Of a stretch of DNA of 64,000 nt, positions 22,583 to 31,799 are shown in pieces (position 1 is the first letter of the stretch; every line of letters begins with the position of its first letter). This DNA is from an uncultured Gemmatimonadaceae bacterium. GTDB lineage: Bacteria; Gemmatimonadota; Gemmatimonadetes; Gemmatimonadales; Gemmatimonadaceae. Below the pieces are notes generated by a model. The model searched no databases and was not told the origin of the DNA. It saw only the letters and a program-made list of their open reading frames with translations. A program made the position numbers and the translations under genes. Location of the stretch: the NCBI GenBank assembly GCA_963790305.1, contig CAWBOC010000009.1, positions 736,001 to 800,000 on the forward strand, written 5' to 3'.

Positions 22583-23329
22583 GTGCGGCTCGTCCTCGCT
22601 GTGCTCGCGATGTTCGCCGTCCCGGCTGCCCTTGCCTCACAGGTGGCCGGACGCTTTCCGCCCGACTCGCTCATCAACGTGCAAGTCTTCCCCCGCACCA
22701 CGCCGGTCGCCGAAGTAACGGCGGCCATGCGAAGCTTCGCGATGGGACTCGGGGTACGCTGCCAGTACTGCCACGTGGGCGAGGAAGGCATGCCGCTCGA
22801 GCGCTTCGACTTCGCCAGCGATGAGAAGCGCACCAAGCTCGTAGCCCGACAGATGATGCGCATGGTCCAGGAGATCAACCGGAGGCTGGACACGATTCCC
22901 GGTCGCACGGCGGCGGCTCTCGAGGTGAGCTGCGCGACCTGCCATCGGGGCGTCAGCAAGCCAATGCCGTTGTCGGCCCTCATTGCCGACGTGGCACTCA
23001 CCGCGGGCCCCGACTCGGCGGTGCGTGCGTATCGTGCGCTGCGCCAGCGCTTCCACGGACGCGACGCCTACGATTTCGGCGAGGGCTCACTCAATGCCGC
23101 CGCGCTGCGCGTTGGTCGTGCTGGAAAATACGACGACGCATTCGCGTTGCTCCGACTCAACGAAGAGGTATTTCCGAACTCGGCAGGGACGTCGGTTTTC
23201 CGGGGCAACATCAGCCTCATGAGGGGTGATACGAGCGGCGCGGAAGCCGCGTTCCGCGAAGCATTGCGACGTGATCCCTCGAGTAACGAGGCGCGCGGGC
23301 GGCTTCGCGCCATCGGGCGTCAGCCGTAG
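22583..23329 (+). CDS. Diheme c-type cytochrome with C-terminal TPR-like helices
   Basis: RBS GGAGG, signal peptide, CQYCH and CATCH, FASDEK..K..AR.M motif. Confidence 0.85.
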   Translation: MRLVLAVLAMFAVPAALASQVAGRFPPDSLINVQVFPRTTPVAEVTAAMRSFAMGLGVRCQYCHVGEEGMPLERFDFASDEKRTKLVARQMMRMVQEINRRLDTIPGRTAAALEVSCATCHRGVSKPMPLSALIADVALTAGPDSAVRAYRALRQRFHGRDAYDFGEGSLNAAALRVGRAGKYDDAFALLRLNEEVFPNSAGTSVFRGNISLMRGDTSGAEAAFREALRRDPSSNEARGRLRAIGRQP

Positions 23330-23420
23330 CGCCCTCAATGTAATCCACTCGTAATCCGGCGCTCACGACCAGTTCATGCGCGCGACGTAGCTTGGCGCTC
23401 AACAATCGTCTGGAGCGCAC

Positions 23421-23963
23421 ATGCGTCGCTTCCTGCATGATCTCACCCTGCTCGCAGCGGTGGCGGCTGCCGGCGGATACGCCCTCAGTCGCGTGGAAAG
23501 CTCCCCGGCCCAGCCCATGGCGCTCAGACGCGAGCCGGTCGTTAGCGACGCTGCGCCCCCACCGTCGGAGAAGGCGATGGACGTGCTTCGCAACGCAACG
23601 GTGTTCTCCTCCGTGTCCGTCGGATCCGCCGGCGTCGTGCCCGAGACCGTTGTCGCGTGGCTGACCATTCTGTCCCAACCCGACGCGGGAAGGATGTTTG
23701 TGGACCTGCTCCATACGGCCACACCCGCTGGGCGAGTGTACGCGCTCGCGGGACTTCGGACGATCAACCCGCCACTCTTTCGTCGCTGGGCGCACCCGTT
23801 CTTCAACAGCCCGATCCTCGTGAGGACGATGGGAGGATGCATCCTCCGCACGATGACCACCGGTGGCATCGTCGATGAGCTGCAGCGCGGAATGTGGATC
23901 GGGGATTTCGTGACGGCGTCCAGATCCCGTTACGTCGGCGATCTGCCATGGCCCCGGCATTAA
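23421..23963 (+). CDS. Hypothetical exported protein
   Basis: RBS GGAG, N-terminal hydrophobic segment. Confidence 0.6.
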   Translation: MRRFLHDLTLLAAVAAAGGYALSRVESSPAQPMALRREPVVSDAAPPPSEKAMDVLRNATVFSSVSVGSAGVVPETVVAWLTILSQPDAGRMFVDLLHTATPAGRVYALAGLRTINPPLFRRWAHPFFNSPILVRTMGGCILRTMTTGGIVDELQRGMWIGDFVTASRSRYVGDLPWPRH

Positions 23964-24056
23964 AGGGGCGGGCGCAGACCGTGCATATGGATTCATCCCT
24001 CCGGAACGGGTACGTTCCGGCCAGCAAGCTCTCTCGGAAATCCCTGCGCACCATTC

Positions 24057-25325
24057 ATGGATCGGGTACTGGCGGTCATTCTCGGCGGCGGTGCGGGCAC
24101 GCGGCTCTTTCCGCTGACGCGCGATCGTGCCAAACCCGCCGTTCCGCTCGCCGGAAAGTACCGGCTGGTCGACGTGCCGATCTCGAACTGCCTCAACTCC
24201 GGCCTCGACCGAATCTTCGTCGTCACGCAGTTCAACTCCGCGAGCCTCAATAATCACGTCGCGCGCGCCTACGCGTTCGACCGGTTCAGCGGCGGGTTCG
24301 TGACGATCCTCGCCGCCGAGCAGACCCCGTCGTCGGAGAAGTGGTATCAGGGCACCGCTGACGCGGTCCGTCGCTCGATTCCCCACTTCAAGAGCCAGCT
24401 GCACGACCGCGTCCTCATCCTCTCCGGTGACCAGCTGTACACCATGGATTATCGGTTGATGCTCGAGCATCACCGGAAAACCAAGGCGGACATAACGGTG
24501 GCGGTGACACCGGTCGTGGCCGCGGAGGCGCCGGCGTTCGGGATCCTCAAGACCGACGACACGCAGCGCATCACCGAGTTCTACGAAAAGCCGAAGATCC
24601 ACGACCTCGCCGGGAAAGAGAGTCCCGTGTCGCCGGAGCTCACGACGCAGGGACGCATCTATCTCGCGTCGATGGGCATCTACGTGTTCGAGGCGCGCGT
24701 GCTGTACGAGCTCCTTGATGCCAGGCCCGATGATCACGACTTCGGCAAGGCGATCATCCCGAACGCCATCCACGAGCGGACGGTCGTCGCCTACCCGTTC
24801 ACGGGCTACTGGAACGACATCGGAACGGTTCGCTCGTTCTTCGAGACCAACATCATGCTGGCGCAGCCGCATCCGGCGTTCAACCTGTACGATCCGAACT
24901 TCCCACTGTACACCGACGCGGTGATGCTGCCACCGGCGAAGGTCAGCCGATCCCGATTGGAGAACACGCTCGTGGGGGTGGGCAGCGTCATCGTCGACAG
25001 CGACATCTCGAATTCCGTCGTCGGCCTCCGATCGTTCATCGACCGAGGTGCGCGCCTGCACCGAACGGTTTTCATGGGCGCCGACTACTTCCGGTGGGAG
25101 GAATCCGAGGCACGGAACAGCGCCCAGGGACCGGCCTATCCCGGCGTGGGCCAGGGGACGCAGATCGAGAACGCCATCGTGGACAAGAACGCGTCGATCG
25201 GCAACCGATGCACGATCACGAACGCGGCCGGCATCCAGGAGGGCGAGGGTCCCGGCTTCTACATCCGCGATGGCATCGTCGTCATCGTGAAGAATGCCGA
25301 AATCGCCGACGGCACCGTGATCTGA
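24057..25325 (+). CDS. glgC: Glucose-1-phosphate adenylyltransferase
   Basis: GGGAGTRLFPLT.DRAKPAVP, WYQGTADAV, ASMGIYVF, DFGK. Confidence 0.97.
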   Translation: MDRVLAVILGGGAGTRLFPLTRDRAKPAVPLAGKYRLVDVPISNCLNSGLDRIFVVTQFNSASLNNHVARAYAFDRFSGGFVTILAAEQTPSSEKWYQGTADAVRRSIPHFKSQLHDRVLILSGDQLYTMDYRLMLEHHRKTKADITVAVTPVVAAEAPAFGILKTDDTQRITEFYEKPKIHDLAGKESPVSPELTTQGRIYLASMGIYVFEARVLYELLDARPDDHDFGKAIIPNAIHERTVVAYPFTGYWNDIGTVRSFFETNIMLAQPHPAFNLYDPNFPLYTDAVMLPPAKVSRSRLENTLVGVGSVIVDSDISNSVVGLRSFIDRGARLHRTVFMGADYFRWEESEARNSAQGPAYPGVGQGTQIENAIVDKNASIGNRCTITNAAGIQEGEGPGFYIRDGIVVIVKNAEIADGTVI

Positions 25326-25334
25326 CGCCGCGTC

Positions 25335-26576
25335 GTGCGCATCGCCCTGTTCACGAACGAGTATCCGCCTAACGTCTACGGCGGGGCCGGCGTCCACGTG
25401 GAGTATCTCTCCCGCGAGCTGGCGCGCGCCGACGGCGGCGCGCATCACGTCGACGTGCTGTGCTTCGGGAAGCAGGATGAGACGATCGGCAACCTTCGCG
25501 TGCGCGGGGTCTCCCCTGCGCTGCGGTTTGCGGCCCAGGACCCTCGCCACGCCAAGCTGCTCGACGCGCTCCTGCGCGACCTGGCGATGGTCGGAGCGGT
25601 GGAGTCGCCCGACGTCGTGCACTGCCACACCTGGTACGCTCACCTCGCGGGATGTCTGGCGCGTCCGCTCACCGGCGCGCCGTTGGTGCTGACGACGCAC
25701 TCGCTCGAGCCGCACCGGCCCTGGAAGGTCGAGCAGCTGGGAAGCGCCTATCACGCGACGACGTGGATCGAGCGGACAGCATACGAGAATGCCGACGGCG
25801 TCGTGGCGGTCTCGCGGGCCATGCAGGACGACGTGCAGTCGCTGTATGGAGTGCCGTCCGAGCGCGTACGGGTCATCCACAATGGCATCGACCCCGACGA
25901 ATACCGCCCGCGCCCCGCGCCATTGACGCTGCGGAGACTCGGCGTCGATCCTGACGTGCCCATCGTGCTCTTCGTTGGCCGGATCACCCGGCAGAAGGGA
26001 ATCCTTCATTTGGTGCGAGCGATCAAATACCTCACGCCGGGATCGCAGGTCGTCCTCTGCGCGGGCGCGCCGGATACCGACGCCATAGCGGCCGAGATGA
26101 GCGAGCTCGTCGCCCAGGCGAAGGGCGAGGCGGAAACGACGATCGTCTGGATTCCCGAGATGCTGTCGAAGGACGACGTTATCGCGCTCTACACGCACGC
26201 CGAAGTCTTCGTGTGTCCGTCGGTCTACGAGCCGTTCGGCATCATCAATCTCGAGGCGATGGCGTGCGAGACGCCGGTGGTCGCCGCGGCGGTGGGCGGG
26301 ATTCCAGAGATCGTGGTGCCGGGCGAGACAGGGCTGCTCGTGCCGTTCGACGCGGAAGGGGGAGAATCGCCCGAGCCGCGGAATCCGGATCGCTTCTCGC
26401 GCGCGCTGGCGGCCGCCGTGAACGAGCTGATGATGGCCGCGCCCGAGCGTCGCGCCGCGATGGGAAAGGCTGCCCGGGCGCGCGTCCTCGAGCACTTCAG
26501 CTGGGCGCACATCGCGCGCGTGACGCTCGAGTTCTACCAGGAGCTCATCGAGCGGCGCCGGCGAGAGCGCTCGTGA
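25335..26576 (+). CDS. glgA: GT4 glycogen synthase / maltose-1-phosphate synthase (GlgA/GlgM type)
   Basis: EYPPNVYGGAGVHV, HSLEPHRPWK.EQLG, YEPFGIINLEAMAC. Confidence 0.9.
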   Translation: MRIALFTNEYPPNVYGGAGVHVEYLSRELARADGGAHHVDVLCFGKQDETIGNLRVRGVSPALRFAAQDPRHAKLLDALLRDLAMVGAVESPDVVHCHTWYAHLAGCLARPLTGAPLVLTTHSLEPHRPWKVEQLGSAYHATTWIERTAYENADGVVAVSRAMQDDVQSLYGVPSERVRVIHNGIDPDEYRPRPAPLTLRRLGVDPDVPIVLFVGRITRQKGILHLVRAIKYLTPGSQVVLCAGAPDTDAIAAEMSELVAQAKGEAETTIVWIPEMLSKDDVIALYTHAEVFVCPSVYEPFGIINLEAMACETPVVAAAVGGIPEIVVPGETGLLVPFDAEGGESPEPRNPDRFSRALAAAVNELMMAAPERRAAMGKAARARVLEHFSWAHIARVTLEFYQELIERRRRERS

Positions 26577-27172
26577 CCGACCTTCTCACCCTGCTCGAGG
26601 AGCTCCAGAGCATCGCGCGGACGGGGCTGAATTACAGCAGCGACCCCTACGCCCGGGCGCACTATTCGCGGCTACTCGACCTGGCCGTAGCGCATTACGA
26701 GCAGGCTCTCGATCTGCCGGCGCCCGAGGTACGCGCCCGCCTTCAGGGCGAGCTTGGCTCCATTACTCCGAAGGTCGGTGCCGACGCCGCCATTTTCGAT
26801 GACGAAGGCCGCATTCTCCTCGTCGAGCGCTCGGACGACCGGTGCTGGGGTCTGCCTGCGGGATGGGTGGATCCGAACGAGGCACCCAGGGACACGGTAC
26901 GCCGGGAGGCCAGAGAAGAGCTGAGCCTGGAGGTCGAGCCGGTTCAGCTCGTGGACGTCATGTTCCGGCCGGCGAGCGCCAAGTTCGGGCCGCACGCGGT
27001 GGTCTCGATCGTCTATCTCTGTGAGGTGCGCGGTGGAGAGGTCGTGCCCTCACACGAGGTGCTCGGGGCCCGATTCTGGACGATCGAAGAGGTGCCGGTG
27101 TGGCACAAGGATCACCTCAAGTTCGCGAACGCCGCCCGCGCCGTCTGGACGACCCGGCGAGGCGCGGTGTAG
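26573..27172 (+). CDS. NUDIX hydrolase with N-terminal helical domain
   Basis: LQSIARTGLNY, TPKVG, GWVDPNE....RREAREE. Confidence 0.9.
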   Translation: MTDLLTLLEELQSIARTGLNYSSDPYARAHYSRLLDLAVAHYEQALDLPAPEVRARLQGELGSITPKVGADAAIFDDEGRILLVERSDDRCWGLPAGWVDPNEAPRDTVRREAREELSLEVEPVQLVDVMFRPASAKFGPHAVVSIVYLCEVRGGEVVPSHEVLGARFWTIEEVPVWHKDHLKFANAARAVWTTRRGAV

Positions 27173-27211
27173 GTTGGCAGCCAGTCAGCGCGTCCCCTAT
27201 CTGAGGCACAG

Positions 27212-27391
27212 ATGGACAACAAGAAGCTGCTCGCCTTGGCGAAGAAAAACGCCGCCAAGTCAGCCGATCTCGAGAAGAAGCGAAAGAAAAAGACGTACGA
27301 CGCGACCCTCGACGTGACCCGTCCCGAGGATCCGCCCGAGGACAGCGAGGCGGATGCGATCTTTCGCGAGATGAAAAAACGAGAGTTTTGA
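27212..27391 (+). CDS. Small 59-aa protein (missed by ORF track)
   Basis: GAGG RBS; MDNKKLLALAKKNAAKSADLEKKRKKKTYDATLDVTRPEDPPEDSEADAIFREMKKREF*. Confidence 0.7.
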   Translation: MDNKKLLALAKKNAAKSADLEKKRKKKTYDATLDVTRPEDPPEDSEADAIFREMKKREF

Positions 27392-27478
27392 CCCGTTAGC
27401 CCTTCGCCGAGCGACCCGCACTGCCGCGGTAGCACATTTGCATGGCGGAGCAGTACTGAGAACGTTGCGTACGCTTCG

Positions 27479-27796
27479 ATGAACCCTGGAGAGGCGGCGA
27501 TGCGGCTGCGCCCACTCGAGAGAGGCGGCTTGGCACTCGCGACGCTGATCGCAGCGAGCACGGTGTGGGTCGCCATTGGTGACCGGCACTGGGCAGCTAC
27601 GCTCGTATTGGGCGTATTGGCGCTCGCCTGCGCCTATCCGGCGATCACCGGCCGCGACCCATTCGATGTTCGCAATCGGCGCCGAAAGCACCGCCGTCAT
27701 CGCTCCAAGCGGCATACGGCCGCGGCGACATCCAGTGCCCTCGGCGGGGATGCCCCCCAAATACTCGGTTCGCCAGACGGCGACCCTCGAGCCTAG
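27479..27796 (+). CDS. Small membrane protein
   Basis: Two TM segments and basic tail. Confidence 0.5.
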   Translation: MNPGEAAMRLRPLERGGLALATLIAASTVWVAIGDRHWAATLVLGVLALACAYPAITGRDPFDVRNRRRKHRRHRSKRHTAAATSSALGGDAPQILGSPDGDPRA

Positions 27797-27800
27797 CACA

Positions 27801-28961
27801 TTGGCAGAAACTGGCAGCTCTGTAGCACGCGAATCCGGCCCACCTCCGTCCCCACACACGTCGGAGCTGTATCGCCTTCTCGTCGAGAGGGTGACGGACT
27901 ATGCCATCTTCGCGCTCGACGCCGGAGGGCATATCATCAGCTGGAATCCTGGCGCGCAGCGGCTCAAGGGATATCTCGCGCACGAAATCATTGGAAAGCA
28001 CTTTTCGACGTTCTATCCCGAGGTCGACAAACGAGCCGGCAAGCCGGAGTGGGAGCTCGAGGTTGCGACGGACGTCGGACGGGTCGAGGACGAAGGGTGG
28101 CGCATTAAGAAAGACGGGACTCGATTCTGGGCGAACGTCGTGATCACCGCTCTCCGAGATGAATCCGGAACCCTGGTGGGGTTCGCCAAGATCACCCGCG
28201 ACCTCACCGAACGCATGGAGGCTCAACAGCGGGCGCTCGATGACACGAGGCGCCTGGCAGAAGTCGAAGCGCTCAGTCGGGCGAAAAGTCAGTTTCTGGC
28301 CTCGATGTCGCACGAGCTTCGAACGCCGCTCAACGCCATCGGCGGCTACGCGGAATTGATCGAGATGGGCCTGGGTGGGAGCGTCACGGACCAGCAGCGC
28401 GAGTATCTCACCCGCATCCGGGGAAGCCAGCAGCACCTGCTCCGCATCATCAATGACCTGCTCAACTACAGCCGCATCGAGTCGGGGAAGCTCGCCTACG
28501 AGCAGGAGCAGGTACCGCTTTCCGCGGTGATCGAGGCCGTCACGACCATGATCGGGCCCCAGGCGGCCAACAAGCGGATCAAGCTGGACACGCCCCCGAG
28601 TCGCGACAACTCGGTGGCTCTCGCCGATCGCCTCAAGGTCGAGCAGATCGTGCTCAACCTGTTGACCAACGCGGTGAAGTTCACGCCGCCGTCGGGCCGG
28701 GTGACGGTCGCCTGCCGGACCGACGGCGAGCGGGTTCTGCTCACGGTCGCCGATACCGGTCCGGGAATTCCGGCGGAGCGATTGGATGACATCTTCGAGC
28801 CCTTCGTGCAGCTCGGGCGTTCGCTCTCCAGCGGGCACGAGGGCGCCGGCCTGGGACTCGCGATCAGCCGGGATCTCGCGCGGGCCATGCACGGGGACGT
28901 GATGGTGGAAAGCGCCGCCGGCAAGGGCGCTACCTTCACGTTGAGCCTCCCAAAGGCGTAG
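27801..28961 (+). CDS. PAS domain sensor histidine kinase
   Basis: DYAIFALD..SWNPGA, SHELRTPL, NLLTNAVKF, DTGPGI, GAGLGL; start uncertain (TTG 27801 or ATG 27750). Confidence 0.92.
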   Translation: MAETGSSVARESGPPPSPHTSELYRLLVERVTDYAIFALDAGGHIISWNPGAQRLKGYLAHEIIGKHFSTFYPEVDKRAGKPEWELEVATDVGRVEDEGWRIKKDGTRFWANVVITALRDESGTLVGFAKITRDLTERMEAQQRALDDTRRLAEVEALSRAKSQFLASMSHELRTPLNAIGGYAELIEMGLGGSVTDQQREYLTRIRGSQQHLLRIINDLLNYSRIESGKLAYEQEQVPLSAVIEAVTTMIGPQAANKRIKLDTPPSRDNSVALADRLKVEQIVLNLLTNAVKFTPPSGRVTVACRTDGERVLLTVADTGPGIPAERLDDIFEPFVQLGRSLSSGHEGAGLGLAISRDLARAMHGDVMVESAAGKGATFTLSLPKA

Positions 28962-28976
28962 CCGCTCGCCCCGCGC

Positions 28977-29750
28977 CTAACGCGGGGCCACCCAGAAGCC
29001 GGTCACCGACCGGATTCTCCCCGTAGCCCCCATCACGAAGACATTCGTGCCGCGCGCGCGTTCCTGTCCATCGCTGCTGCTCGCGATCCAGTCGACGAGC
29101 GCCGTTCCCTGGCACTGCCGCACACTCCCGCTCCGCCGCATACGCAACCCGGGCATGTGGAACTGCGCCGCGGCGATGTGAGGGAGCAGATCCTCGAGGC
29201 CGTCGGTGTTGCTGAACCGGTCCTGAAACCGCAGCCCGCCCTCGGCTACTCGACGAAGGGCCGCTTCGCGGGTCGTCACGTCAGGCTCGGCCCACGCCTC
29301 GAACCACGTGTCAACCACCGTCGCAGCATCGGCATGCAGCTCGTCAGCCACGACGTTCGAGAAGAGCGCGAGCTGGTACCGCCATCCCTGAACGAAGTCA
29401 TCGCGCACGGACTCACGGGAGAACTCGTGCGTGACGTGAAGTTGAGTGCCGAGCGCGTGAGGATCGAGCCTGATCGTCACGCGAGACCCGCCTGGCGCAA
29501 TCGGCTCTCCCTTCACGAAGCCATAGCTGAAGATCATGCGCTCAGGAGGCTCGACTTCGATGACTTCCCCCGAGACGTCGGTACCGCCGGGCAATCGAAT
29601 CAATAGGGCACCTCCGGGACGCGCATCGATGGTCGAGCCCGCTCCCCACCAGGTGGCCCATCGCGGCGTGTCGGTGAGGAAGCGAAAGACGTTCTCGCGC
29701 GGCGCCTGAATGACGACGCTGCGCTCGAGCTGGTATGGCAGGTTCGACAT
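28977..29750 (-). CDS. SRPBCC (AHSA1) domain fused to SnoaL-like domain
   Basis: IQAPRENVFRFLTD..WW; C-terminal WFEAWAE..FQD..NVF. Confidence 0.8.
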   Translation of the reverse strand: MSNLPYQLERSVVIQAPRENVFRFLTDTPRWATWWGAGSTIDARPGGALLIRLPGGTDVSGEVIEVEPPERMIFSYGFVKGEPIAPGGSRVTIRLDPHALGTQLHVTHEFSRESVRDDFVQGWRYQLALFSNVVADELHADAATVVDTWFEAWAEPDVTTREAALRRVAEGGLRFQDRFSNTDGLEDLLPHIAAAQFHMPGLRMRRSGSVRQCQGTALVDWIASSSDGQERARGTNVFVMGATGRIRSVTGFWVAPR

Positions 29751-29755
29751 GGTGA

Positions 29756-30118
29756 TCACCCCTTTCGTGCCTTGACGGTTCGGCGCCGCGGTCGCGGGCC
29801 GCGACGCGTGTGCTCGAGCTCGGCGGCCAGCTTCAGGCGCCAGAGTGCATCGTCCCACATCTGCTCCAGCATCCTCCCCAGCGGTCCCGCCGCTTCGCGC
29901 CGAGCCCGATAAAACCGGTGCCTCCCCTCAGCGCGGGCTTCCGCCAGTCCCGATTCGGTGAGCGATCGCAGTTGCAGCGATACGGCGCCGAAGGTGACGT
30001 CCGGCATCGCTCGATGAATCGCTCCCGCGGTGAGCTCCTGCGTCCAAATGAGGCGCAGAATCTCCTGGCGGCGAGGCGAGGCGAGCGTGGCGAGGACTGC
30101 GGGACCCGGGGCGAGCAT
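29756..30118 (-). CDS. ArsR/SmtB family transcriptional regulator
   Basis: LASPRRQEILRL, AVSLQLRSL, EGRHRFY. Confidence 0.88.
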   Translation of the reverse strand: MLAPGPAVLATLASPRRQEILRLIWTQELTAGAIHRAMPDVTFGAVSLQLRSLTESGLAEARAEGRHRFYRARREAAGPLGRMLEQMWDDALWRLKLAAELEHTRRGPRPRRRTVKARKG

Positions 30119-30125
30119 GGTCTAT

Positions 30126-30154
30126 AGTTTAGATATAACTAAAATGATTGTCAA
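30126..30154 (-). promoter_or_regulatory. Sigma70 promoter TTGACA-N17-TAAACT with embedded TTTAG-N6-CTAAA operator; probably leaderless
   Basis: AT-rich island; -10 lies 7 nt before arsR ATG. Confidence 0.7.
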
Positions 30155-30242
30155 GGACTTTGCATTTCTCACCCTTGACGGTTCGGTGATCCTGCGCCCA
30201 CCATGAGCGGAATCGCCGTCTCCTCCGGTCAGGGGTCGCATC

Positions 30243-30581
30243 GTGGCTTTCTCGCTCCGTCGTTGGCGTCCGCGCCATCTCCTGCTCGTCTGGGTGGCGT
30301 ACTGGATCATCGCGCTTCTCGTCGCCCTTCGGTCGGGGATCGCGGCAATCTGGCGGGTGACGAGTGACCCCGATGCGCACGGCAACATCAGCGCGGGCGT
30401 GACCGACGGCGTGTTTTCGTTGACCGTGTCGGAGGCCACTCGCGTGGTCTGGCAAGGAAGCGCGTCGATGACGTCGATTCTGCTCTGGTTCGCCGGCCCC
30501 CCGCTCCTCCTGTTTCTTCTCTGGCTGGCGGCGCGGCCGCGCGCCGCGGAGCCCGTGCTGGCAGCGCCGCCTCGACGCTGA
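30243..30581 (+). CDS. Hypothetical membrane protein
   Basis: Two TM segments. Confidence 0.65.
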   Translation: MAFSLRRWRPRHLLLVWVAYWIIALLVALRSGIAAIWRVTSDPDAHGNISAGVTDGVFSLTVSEATRVVWQGSASMTSILLWFAGPPLLLFLLWLAARPRAAEPVLAAPPRR

Positions 30582-30586
30582 CGCCC

Positions 30587-30946
30587 ATGGCGGAGACACA
30601 GGCGAAGGGCGCGGAGCTGACTCTCGCGACGGTACTCGCTCGTCGCGCGCGTCAGGCATCGGACGGGCGCCTCGTGCTCGACGCCGCCAGTGGGCTGATC
30701 GTCGGAGCGCTCGCCCTGGCTTTCCGACCGCCGGCCTGGCCCGTGGTGCTCAGTGCCGCCGCGTGCATCCTTGCCTTTGGCGCGTGGGGCATCAGCGATC
30801 GCGCGTTGCGCGAGACCGAAGCGGGTTCCCGCCCATCGCGTGCGCTGCAGGCACTGTGCGTCGCCATGGCGACACTCGGCGCCCTCGGCTTCGTGGCTCT
30901 CGCTGCCACTACGATGTTCTTCATGCTCGGCACGTGGATCAGCTGA
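30587..30946 (+). CDS. Hypothetical membrane protein
   Basis: Three TM segments. Confidence 0.65.
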   Translation: MAETQAKGAELTLATVLARRARQASDGRLVLDAASGLIVGALALAFRPPAWPVVLSAAACILAFGAWGISDRALRETEAGSRPSRALQALCVAMATLGALGFVALAATTMFFMLGTWIS

Positions 30947-30990
30947 CCCGTCGGGCGGCCGTACCTAACGGGCGCCCCTGGCGGCTGTCG

Positions 30991-31521
30991 ATGGTCATCG
31001 TCGTCACGGCGATGGCGTGCAGCGATGGCCCGACCTCCCCTGATCCGGAGCCCACGTACCTGCTCCCCTTCCCGGCCGGTGACAGCGCGCAGCTCATTCA
31101 GGGCAACAACGGAACGTTCACGCATTTTGGCCCCTCGGCGTACGCGTTCGACTTTCGTATGACGATCGGCCGTTGGGTGACGGCCATGCGCACCGGGCAG
31201 GTCATCGCGGTCGAGGAGCGCTACATCGATGGCAACCGCACACCGGGGCAAGAAAATCTCGTGTTCGTGCGACACGATGACGGGACGTTCGCGCGCTATT
31301 ACCACCTGACGACGAACGGCGCACTCGTGACGCTGGGTCAGCGCGTGGCGGCGGGAGACACGATTGGTCGCAGTGGCGACACGGGATACAGCACGACTCC
31401 GCACCTGCACGTCGATGTCACGCGCGACTGCGTCGCGTGGGGATGTCAGACGGTCTGGATCCGATTCCAGAATGCGGGGGCGGATACGCTCGTGGCCGGC
31501 AGGGTCTACCGCGCGCAATAG
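30991..31521 (+). CDS. M23 metallopeptidase, probable lipoprotein
   Basis: H....YAFDF, YYHL, SGDTGYST.PHLH; start uncertain. Confidence 0.85.
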   Translation: MVIVVTAMACSDGPTSPDPEPTYLLPFPAGDSAQLIQGNNGTFTHFGPSAYAFDFRMTIGRWVTAMRTGQVIAVEERYIDGNRTPGQENLVFVRHDDGTFARYYHLTTNGALVTLGQRVAAGDTIGRSGDTGYSTTPHLHVDVTRDCVAWGCQTVWIRFQNAGADTLVAGRVYRAQ

Positions 31522-31548
31522 GCCGCGCTTTTGCCGCAACATCCGGCA

Positions 31549-31729
31549 GGCATCCAGGTTCAAAGTTGGGACGCGGATTACGCGGATGCAGCGGATCAGG
31601 CGGATCGCTCCAGGCGCATTGATCCCTCCTAGCGCTGGACCCAAGTTCAGAGTGCGGACGAGGATTCGCGCGGCACGATCCGGACCGCTTCATCCGCCGA
31701 ATCCGCGTCCCCACTTTGAACCTGGGTGC
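31549..31729. repeat. Palindromic element B, 9-mer unit (C)GCGGATNN with about 30-bp terminal inverted repeats
   Basis: GGCATCCAGGTTCAAAGTTGGGACGCGGATT ... AATCCGCGTCCCACTTTGAACCTGGGTGCC. Confidence 0.85.
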
Positions 31730-31799
31730 CAGCCCTATTGGACGCAGCGCCAATAGAGCTTACTAGCCGACGCGAGGCGCTCGCGCGACATTCCGCCCG

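Noticed and set aside
22583..23329. pufC / phototrophy
   Set aside because: Only two heme motifs; no puf or bch genes.
23217..26510. 1097-aa minus-strand ORF (and similar long ORFs such as 18149-20287 and 43389-44924)
   Set aside because: Antisense shadows of well-supported genes in high-GC DNA.
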